Assembly: GCA_049890275.1 (NCBI GenBank) | Contig: JBMHBT010000013.1 | Span: 7,022-71,021 of the forward strand | Source of the DNA: Coraliomargaritaceae bacterium | GTDB lineage: Bacteria; Verrucomicrobiota; Verrucomicrobiia; Opitutales; Coraliomargaritaceae | DNA: 64,000 nucleotides | Direction: 5' to 3' | Part shown: positions 30,507-39,569 of the stretch, piece after piece | Layout: every line of letters begins with the position of its first letter | Position numbering within the stretch: position 1 is the first letter of the stretch | Notes under the pieces: generated by a model | Database searches by the model: none | What the model was told of the DNA's origin: nothing | Seen by the model: the letters and a program-made list of their open reading frames with translations, nothing else | Made by a program: the position numbers and the translations under genes

Positions 30507-31125
30507 ACTGTTTTCTAAGTTTCCGTTTTTGGTAAAGTAATATTCCGATGAGCGGGGCAATCCTATAAATGAGTGTCATGGATGTTTCTGGTATCGCGTA
30601 ATATTCCATGATACAGGACATGGCGACTACTAATCGCGATATCATTCCACTGGTCAGCGTTCCCTAGTCCTCCGGGAAAAGAAGTTGGCCAACTATCTAA
30701 AGCAATCCTTAGAGCATCTTGATTGTTGTTAGAATGATCCGGTTCGGAACCGAATGGACCGTTACCCCAATTATTATACCGACCACTGACTGCATTACCA
30801 AAATCATCCCCATCCCAGAATTGGCTCCCGCTGGAGTCCCGCAACAAGTGCTTTCGTTAGCAATGTCATTTGCGCCTGTCCATACGTAGCGGGCGCCACC
30901 ACCGTCTGAAGCAGTTTGTGAGAAGCGGTGATCAAAAGTAGCGAGTTGGTTAAAGATAGCTGTATTTTCTGCTGCAGCTTCGATTTCTACCTGATAATCG
31001 TATTCTCCAAATTGCGTCTGACCGGTGGCAGTATTCTGGGCGTCGTTTCAACTCCGCAAGTCGTCGTCAAACTCGTAGGTATAGTTATTATGTTTATAAC
31101 TGGTAACAAGAATTGCTGCTAGCTT
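30507..31125 (-). pseudogene. Decayed C-type-lectin-like gene with remnant PEP-CTERM tail (5-prime truncated, in-frame TGA, at least two frameshifts)
   Basis: The minus-strand reading is spread over three frames. The first reads ...YEFDDDLRS-TGA(31048..31050)-NDAQNT...GGGARYVWTGANDIANEST. After a frameshift near 30845 it reads RDSSGSQFWDGDDFGNAVSGRYNNWGNGPFGSEPDHSNNNQDA...QWNDI, which carries the CTLD-type W.DG / NW..GEP / WND pattern. After a second frameshift it reads IMEYYAIPETS + hydrophobic stretch + QKRKLRK. Confidence 0.45.
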
Positions 31126-31169
31126 AATTAAGAAAATAAAGCATGTAATTATTAGGCAATAAAAGGGTT

Positions 31170-31195
31170 AATTATGAATTTTTTAATTCATAATT
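31170..31195. promoter_or_regulatory. Perfect 11-4-11 palindrome (AATTATGAATT tttt AATTCATAATT) in the AT-rich region upstream of the cupredoxin-like gene
   Basis: Read directly from the sequence. It lies 25 nt upstream of the ORF-track start and about 90 nt upstream of the likely ATG at 31286. Confidence 0.35.
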
Positions 31196-31219
31196 AGATA
31201 AGGTAAAAATTTATTTTTT

Positions 31220-31876
31220 GTGCATTTTAGTATTTTAGGTGTTTTTATTTTCGTAATTTGTACCCGTTTGTTCAGTTTATTTACTATGAAAACCAAGCTT
31301 ACCTCACTCACTGCATTATTCTTTTCCTACTCTTTGTTGAGTGCGGTTACCACAAATCCTTCTTCTTCCGTTTACTCCGTCACCGAAGGTGTTAATTTCA
31401 TTATCGGAAACACGGGTGCTATTGATTTCACAATTTCATGGGAAGATTCCAACGGATTTTTCGGCGATCCCTCTGATCCTACACTAATCCTAACTGCAGG
31501 GCAGACTTATACTTTCCAACGCAGCACTTCAGCGCATCCTTTTATCATTACAGATGACACCCTACCTGTCTCTGGTACTGACGGTAGTTATGCGCGTACT
31601 GCCTACGATTCAACAACGCTGAATAATGCTCTACTGGGTGGGCCTTCCGATCTGGATACATTCGTAGCTGACCCCGGTCCGAATACATCTGATCTGATTT
31701 CTTGGACGCCAACGACTTCGGATATTGGAGATAATTTTTACTACACTTGCTATGTCACCGGTCATCCGGATATGACCGGACGTATTTCCGTCGTACCCGA
31801 ACCTGCAACGGTTAGTCTTTGGATCTCCGGCGCAGCATTGCTATTCGCTATCTATCTTCGCGGGCGCAAGCAGTAG
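31220..31876 (+). CDS. Cupredoxin-like (type-1 copper ligand pattern) secreted protein with PEP-CTERM anchor
   Basis: Signal peptide from the internal Met at 31286 (MKTKLTSLTALFFSYSLLSA). Ligand-like pattern TSAHPF ... YYTCYVTGHPDMTGRISVV (His, then Cys-x4-His-x2-Met). C-terminal VPEPATVSLWISGAALLFAIYLRGRKQ. Confidence 0.7.
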   Translation: MHFSILGVFIFVICTRLFSLFTMKTKLTSLTALFFSYSLLSAVTTNPSSSVYSVTEGVNFIIGNTGAIDFTISWEDSNGFFGDPSDPTLILTAGQTYTFQRSTSAHPFIITDDTLPVSGTDGSYARTAYDSTTLNNALLGGPSDLDTFVADPGPNTSDLISWTPTTSDIGDNFYYTCYVTGHPDMTGRISVVPEPATVSLWISGAALLFAIYLRGRKQ

Positions 31877-31897
31877 TTCGGTATCCTTGATTGCTTG

Positions 31898-33787
<1,890 letters not shown>

Positions 33788-34056
33788 TGTGAATGTTAGT
33801 ATGATGGAGACTATCAGTTTGTCTCAAGGCAACTAGATTCGATGATCCAGTGGGCAGAGGTAATCCGGAGAAGTTCGAGACAAAGTGCGGAGGCGAGGAT
33901 AGTGCGGTTTAAGGGATCCGGCTAAAGTAGGGGGAGATCGTAGGCAGTGGCCGCGCTATCCAGACGAACGGGAGGGCGCGAAGTTTTCTTCAATTCCTCT
34001 CTATAGAGTATATTTTGGTCTGTCGGAGGATATGTTTGATTCACTCTAAATTCCAC

Positions 34057-37000
34057 CTAGGGCAGGAAGGTGGCAGTCGGGCTGTTTGCGGTCTGCTTCA
34101 GTCCGGCAAGGTCACCTTGGTAGAGGAGATGACCGCCGGATTCGCCGCCTTCAGGCCCAATCTCGACAATATGATCTGCTTCGGCGATACAATCGATATG
34201 ATGCTCAATCAGGACGACGGTGTGCCCCTGGTCGACGAGGCGGTGGAGGAGGTGGTTGAGGCGTTCGACATCGCTGCTGTGCAGACCAATGGAAGGTTCT
34301 TCGAGGAGGTAGAGGTTGCCCGCACCGAGGTTGTATTGCCGCTCCTTGAGGGAAGGTAGGCCCTTAGCCAGTTCGCTTACCAGCTTGAGGCGCTGAGCTT
34401 CTCCACCGGAGAGAGTCGGTGAGTATTGGCCTAGGGTGATATAGCCTAGACCGGTGTCGACCATCAGTTGCATGAGGGCAGACAGTCGTGTGTGGAAGCT
34501 GAAGAATTCAGCCGCTTCTTCGAAGCTCATAGCGAGGACATCAGCAATGTTTTTGCCGTTCCATTGGAGAGCGTCGAGTTCTTCTCCGTAGCGACGGCCG
34601 CTGCAATCCTCGCAGGTAACATGAGTGTCGGGCATGAAGTTCATCTCCAGTTTGATGCGCCCGGCACCCTTGCAGGTCTCGCAACGGCCTCCTTTGGTGT
34701 TGAAGGAGAAAGTGCTGGCACTGTAGCCCCGAAAGCGAGCCTCGGGGAGAGAGGCGTAGATTTCCCGGATGCGGTCAAAGGCGCCGATATAGGTCGCTGG
34801 TGTGGAGCGAGGGGTCTTACCGATCGGTGACTGGTCGACTTCAATAACCTTACGTACTGCGTTGGCGCCGTGGAGTGCCGTAAAGGTGGGTGCAAGGTGC
34901 TTATTTTCGGTTAGGTCTTTTGCATTTAGTTTGGGGGATTTTAAACGAACGGCCGCCTCGACTAAGGGGTGGAGAAGATCACGGATGAGAGTGGATTTAC
35001 CGGAGCCGGAGACACCGCAGATAAGATTGAGGCGCTGGAGAGGCAAGTGTAGGTCAAAGTTCTTGAGGTTGCGGAGTTGTGCGCCGCGAAGAACGATCCA
35101 GTGTTCGTGAGTGGTTTTGCGTCGCGCCTGCCAGGCTGGAGGAAGCGTTCGGTATTGGCCACGAAGCGGATGGTGCATTTCTTGTCGCAGGTATTGGCCG
35201 GTGAGGGACTTTTTATTTTTTCGTAGTTGTGCGAGTGTTCCGCTGGCGACGACGTGCCCGCCGTGGATGCCAGCACCCGGGCCAAGATCAACGATGCGGT
35301 CCGCCTGCCGCATGGTTTCGAGATTGTGTTCGACGACGACAAGCGTGTTGCCCCGGTCGCGGAGTTGGAGGAGGGAGTCGATGAGCTTGGCATTGTCGCG
35401 GGCATGGAGTCCAATAGAGGGCTCGTCGAGGACATAGAGGACGCCAGAAAGGTTGGTGCCGAGCTGTGCAGCGAGGCGGATACGTTGGGCTTCGCCTCCG
35501 GAGAGGGTGGCTGTGGCGCGGTCGAGACCAAGATAGCCGAGCCCGACGGTGTCCATGAAGCGCATACGGGACTCAATTTCGGGTACGAGTTCTTCGAGGA
35601 CGGGGCGGGAGCGGGTATTGGTTTTGAGTTTGGCGAGGGTTTGGAGAAGCTCTCCGGGTGTCTGGCAAAGCAGTTCAGGAAGGCTGATTGGCTCCATGTT
35701 TTTGAGGGGTAGCTTAACTGCACAACTGAGCGGGTTTAGACGCGCGCCCTGACAATCCGGACACAGGTCGCCGTCTTCAAATTCGTCGAGGTGATCCATC
35801 GTGCTTTCTTCCTCGGTGTTCATCCATTCGAAGAGTTGTCCGTAGCCACGACAGGTTGCGCACCAACCGCGGGGACTGTTCCAGGAGAAGTGCTTTGGGT
35901 CGAGTTCGGGGTACGCTTGTCCAGTGGCGGGGTCGGTGCGGGTGGTAGAAAGGCGGGCGATGATTTTATCAGGTAGGGCGAGGAGAAAGGCCGAGCCTTT
36001 ACCGAGTTTGAGGGCTGTTTGGAGGTGGGTGCGGAGTTGTTTGGGCGGTGTTTTTCCGGAGATGTTGCTGACGACAAGGTCAATATCGTGTTCCCGGTAG
36101 CGATCGAGGCGATGGAAGCTCTCAATCGCTACGAGTTGACCATCGATACGGAGAGCATCATAGCCGCGTTCTCGAGCCCAGTCTGCCAGCGGTTGGTGGT
36201 GTCCTTTGCGCCCTCGGATGATCGGAGCACAGAGTTTCACAGTGCGGCTGGGTTTTTCCGCCAGAAGGGCGCGCAGTCGTTTGAAAACAGCGGTCTCGCT
36301 CTGGCTGATGAGTGGATCACCGGTGATGGGAGAGTGAGGTATTCCGATTCGAGCGTAGAGGAGGCGGAGGTACTGGGCGACTTCAGTGATCGTAGCCACG
36401 GTGGATTTGCGGGTGCCTTTAGTCATGCGTTGCTCGATTGCGACAGTAGGGGCGATGCCTTGCAGTTCGTCGACTTCGGCGCGGGGCATTTGTTCGACAA
36501 ATTGCCGGGCATAGGCAGACATCGACTCCATAAAGCGTCGTTGGCCTTCGGCAAAGAGGATATCGAAGGCGAGGGAGGACTTCCCGGATCCCGAAACTCC
36601 GGTGAGTACGGTCAGGGCGTTTCGCTGGATCGAGAGATCAATGTTTTGCAGGTTGTGCTCGCGCGCGCCGCAGATACTTAGTGCGTTAATTGTTTTGTTG
36701 GACTTATAGGGCGCAGGTGCTTCAGCAACGGTGATCGAGAGATCTTCTGCAAAAGCTTCGCTTAGGTAGGGTGCTGTCTGGCTGTTTCCTTGGGCAATGG
36801 TTTCGGGGGTACCTTGAGCGACAATTTGCCCCCCGTCAGAACCGGCTTCGGGGCCGACCTCGATGATCCAGTCGCATACCCGAAGCACATCGAGATTGTG
36901 TTCGATAACGATGAGTGAGTGCCCGGCATCGACGAGAGATTGGAATACGCGAATCAGACGTTTGACATCGGAGCGGTGGAGTCCGGTGGTGGGTTCATCA

Positions 37001-39510
37001 ATGAGGATGAGGGCGTGAGCGGAATGATCGGTCACTTTGCCTAGATAGCGGATGAGCTTGAGGCGTTGGGACTCTCCGCCTGAAAGGGTGTTGAGTGGTT
37101 GGCCAAGCTTTAGGTAGCCGAGACCCACGTCAGAGAGAGGTTGAAGACAGCGGACAATTTCTTTCCGGTCGGAGAAGAAGAGGAGGGCTTCATCAATATC
37201 AAGATCGAGTATGTCAGCGACGGTTCGCCCGTTGTATTCGACTTGCAGGACCTCCTCTTTGAAGCGTCGACCTTCGCAGGTTTGGCAGGGAACATAGACA
37301 TCGGAGACGAACTGCATTTCAATGCGCTCATGGCCGAGGCCGGAGCAGTCTGGGCAGCGTCCGTTACCTCCATTGAAGGAGAAGTGCCCGGCTTCGAGTC
37401 CTGCGGCACGGGCATTTTCTAGCCGGGCAAATTGTTTACGGATAGAATCCCAAGCGCCGGAGAACAGGGCTGGGTTAGAGCGGGGAGTTTTGCCGGCGGG
37501 ACTTTGGTCGATACGGACGATTTCGGAGAGGGGAAGTTCGGACTCAATGTCGCGGATTTCAGCTGGGTCATCGGCGGGCTGTCCTTTTTGGGCGAGTAGA
37601 TTTTGATAGAGGACTTGGTCGAGAAGGGTGCTTTTTCCCGATCCGGATACTCCGCTGAGGCAGACGAATCGCTGTTGTGGGATGTGCAGATCGAGGTCGT
37701 GAATATTGTGTTTGGAGGCTCCGTAGATAGAGAGGCGGGGGGCATCTTGTGTCGGGCGGCGCTTGACCGGAGGTTCGATTTGCTCGCGCCCAGAGAGGAA
37801 GCGCCCGGTTAGGGTGTCGGCTTTGAGTAGTTTGCGTGCAGTACCGGAGAAACAGAGTTGGCCGCCCTGTGCGCCCGGTTTAGGGCCGATCTCGACGAGG
37901 TGGTCCGCCGCTCGCATAACGGATTCGTCATGTTCGACGACAACAACGGTATTTCCTTGATCGGCGAGACGGCGAAGAATGCGAATGAGGCGGTCGAGAT
38001 CTCGTGGATGGAGACCGACCGAGGGTTCGTCGAGAACGAAGAGTGTATCGACCAGGGAGGAACCGAGGCATGAAGTGAGGTTGACCCGCATGGTTTCACC
38101 TCCGCTGAGGGTGCGGGAACTACGATCGATTGTTAGGTAGCCAAGTCCGACTTGGTCGAGGAAATCGAGTCGGTTGCGAATGCCGATGAGGGCGGAGTTA
38201 TCGTCAGAAGGAAGGAGTTCGAGTAGTTGGGAGACGCTTTTTCGGTAAAGATCGGGGAGGCTGTTGCCTTTCCACTTCCAGTGGCGGGCTTCCGGTTGAA
38301 GGCGGTCTCCTTGGCAGTCGGGACATTTTGTATAGTTGCGGAATTTCGAGAGAAAGACGCGAACATGCATCTTGTAGACTTTGGACTCGAGCCATTTGAA
38401 GAAGCGGTTCACTCCATACCATTGATGATTGCCTTCTTCATAGTCGGTTTCGCCTTCGAGGATGAAGTGGGTTTCTTCAGGTGTTAGTTCCGACCAGGGT
38501 ACATGGGTGCGGATCTTGTGCTTGCGGGCGGCGCGGCGGAGTTCGCGGAGGCACTCGCTGTAGACTTGACCTTGAAAGGCGCGGATGGCGCCTTGTTCGA
38601 TGGAGAGGGAGTGGTCGGGAATAACAAGGCGGGGGTCGATTTCAATGATACGACCAAAACCGCGGCATTGGGGGCAGGCACCGATAGGTGAATTGTAGGA
38701 GAAAAGGGCTGGAGTGGCTTGGCGGTAGGATTTGCCATCGACGGTCGAGCGCAGTCCGTGCGTGAAGGCACAGAGGTCCTTGCCTTTGGCGTCGAGAATT
38801 TCGACCCGGCCCTTGCCGAGGGTAAAAGCGTTTTCGAGTGCCTCGATAGTGCGGGAACGGTTTTCTGAACGCAGAGTGATGCGATCCTGCAGGACGAGGA
38901 GTGTCGCGTTTTCGCGGAGGCTTCCGGTTTCGATTTCCTCTAGGCGAAGAACGTGGTTGTCGAGTGCCACTCGGGCGAAGCCTTGGGAACGAAGGGAGTC
39001 GAGGATTTCAATCCAGTGGATCTTGGCCGGTTTGAGGATGGGGAAGGCGATCAGACAGGTGCGATTCGGGTAGTTTTCGAGGAGTTGATTCCAGACGCTT
39101 CGTGGAGAGTCGTCGGTGATGGGTGCTCCATTTGCCGGGTCGTGGAGTGTCGCATGGTTGGCAAACCAGACTTTGAAGTAATCGCAGAGTTCAGTGAGTG
39201 TTCCAACGGTAGATCGGGAGGTGCGAACGGTGTTCGACTGCTGGATGGCAATGGAGGGGCGGATATTCTCAATGCGGTCGACCTTCGGGCGGTCCAGTAA
39301 TTCAAGGAATTGTCGGGTGTAGGGTGAAAAGGTTTCAACGTAGCGGCGTTGGCCTTCTGCATGGAGGGTCTCAAAGACAAGGGAGGATTTACCGGCGCCG
39401 CTGGGACCGGTGACTACGATGAGGCGACCGAGTGGGAGATCGAGGTCGAAGTCCTTGAGGTTGTTTTGCCGGACGCCACGGAGGCGGATGAAGTCAGATT
39501 TTTTTGACAT
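34057..39510 (-). CDS. Tandem UvrA-UvrA fusion protein (two UvrA-like units, four ABC ATPase modules)
   Basis: 1817-aa uninterrupted ORF. Walker A motifs near aa 35, 620, 971 and 1500; four LSGGE signatures; paired CxxC zinc modules in each unit. The second unit starts near aa 941 (nt ~36690). Confidence 0.9.
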   Translation of the reverse strand: MSKKSDFIRLRGVRQNNLKDFDLDLPLGRLIVVTGPSGAGKSSLVFETLHAEGQRRYVETFSPYTRQFLELLDRPKVDRIENIRPSIAIQQSNTVRTSRSTVGTLTELCDYFKVWFANHATLHDPANGAPITDDSPRSVWNQLLENYPNRTCLIAFPILKPAKIHWIEILDSLRSQGFARVALDNHVLRLEEIETGSLRENATLLVLQDRITLRSENRSRTIEALENAFTLGKGRVEILDAKGKDLCAFTHGLRSTVDGKSYRQATPALFSYNSPIGACPQCRGFGRIIEIDPRLVIPDHSLSIEQGAIRAFQGQVYSECLRELRRAARKHKIRTHVPWSELTPEETHFILEGETDYEEGNHQWYGVNRFFKWLESKVYKMHVRVFLSKFRNYTKCPDCQGDRLQPEARHWKWKGNSLPDLYRKSVSQLLELLPSDDNSALIGIRNRLDFLDQVGLGYLTIDRSSRTLSGGETMRVNLTSCLGSSLVDTLFVLDEPSVGLHPRDLDRLIRILRRLADQGNTVVVVEHDESVMRAADHLVEIGPKPGAQGGQLCFSGTARKLLKADTLTGRFLSGREQIEPPVKRRPTQDAPRLSIYGASKHNIHDLDLHIPQQRFVCLSGVSGSGKSTLLDQVLYQNLLAQKGQPADDPAEIRDIESELPLSEIVRIDQSPAGKTPRSNPALFSGAWDSIRKQFARLENARAAGLEAGHFSFNGGNGRCPDCSGLGHERIEMQFVSDVYVPCQTCEGRRFKEEVLQVEYNGRTVADILDLDIDEALLFFSDRKEIVRCLQPLSDVGLGYLKLGQPLNTLSGGESQRLKLIRYLGKVTDHSAHALILIDEPTTGLHRSDVKRLIRVFQSLVDAGHSLIVIEHNLDVLRVCDWIIEVGPEAGSDGGQIVAQGTPETIAQGNSQTAPYLSEAFAEDLSITVAEAPAPYKSNKTINALSICGAREHNLQNIDLSIQRNALTVLTGVSGSGKSSLAFDILFAEGQRRFMESMSAYARQFVEQMPRAEVDELQGIAPTVAIEQRMTKGTRKSTVATITEVAQYLRLLYARIGIPHSPITGDPLISQSETAVFKRLRALLAEKPSRTVKLCAPIIRGRKGHHQPLADWARERGYDALRIDGQLVAIESFHRLDRYREHDIDLVVSNISGKTPPKQLRTHLQTALKLGKGSAFLLALPDKIIARLSTTRTDPATGQAYPELDPKHFSWNSPRGWCATCRGYGQLFEWMNTEEESTMDHLDEFEDGDLCPDCQGARLNPLSCAVKLPLKNMEPISLPELLCQTPGELLQTLAKLKTNTRSRPVLEELVPEIESRMRFMDTVGLGYLGLDRATATLSGGEAQRIRLAAQLGTNLSGVLYVLDEPSIGLHARDNAKLIDSLLQLRDRGNTLVVVEHNLETMRQADRIVDLGPGAGIHGGHVVASGTLAQLRKNKKSLTGQYLRQEMHHPLRGQYRTLPPAWQARRKTTHEHWIVLRGAQLRNLKNFDLHLPLQRLNLICGVSGSGKSTLIRDLLHPLVEAAVRLKSPKLNAKDLTENKHLAPTFTALHGANAVRKVIEVDQSPIGKTPRSTPATYIGAFDRIREIYASLPEARFRGYSASTFSFNTKGGRCETCKGAGRIKLEMNFMPDTHVTCEDCSGRRYGEELDALQWNGKNIADVLAMSFEEAAEFFSFHTRLSALMQLMVDTGLGYITLGQYSPTLSGGEAQRLKLVSELAKGLPSLKERQYNLGAGNLYLLEEPSIGLHSSDVERLNHLLHRLVDQGHTVVLIEHHIDCIAEADHIVEIGPEGGESGGHLLYQGDLAGLKQTANSPTATFLP

Positions 39511-39569
39511 GAATGCTTGAAGAACGAACGTTCTATCGAGCAGGCACTTACCTAAAAATTACTTGATTT

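Noticed and set aside
34468-39380. Many 60-250 aa ORFs on both strands within the UvrA-fusion gene (for example 34962..35723 and 36019..36681).
   Set aside because: These are shadow ORFs of a GC-rich gene. They have no recognisable motifs, and the 1817-aa frame explains the whole region.
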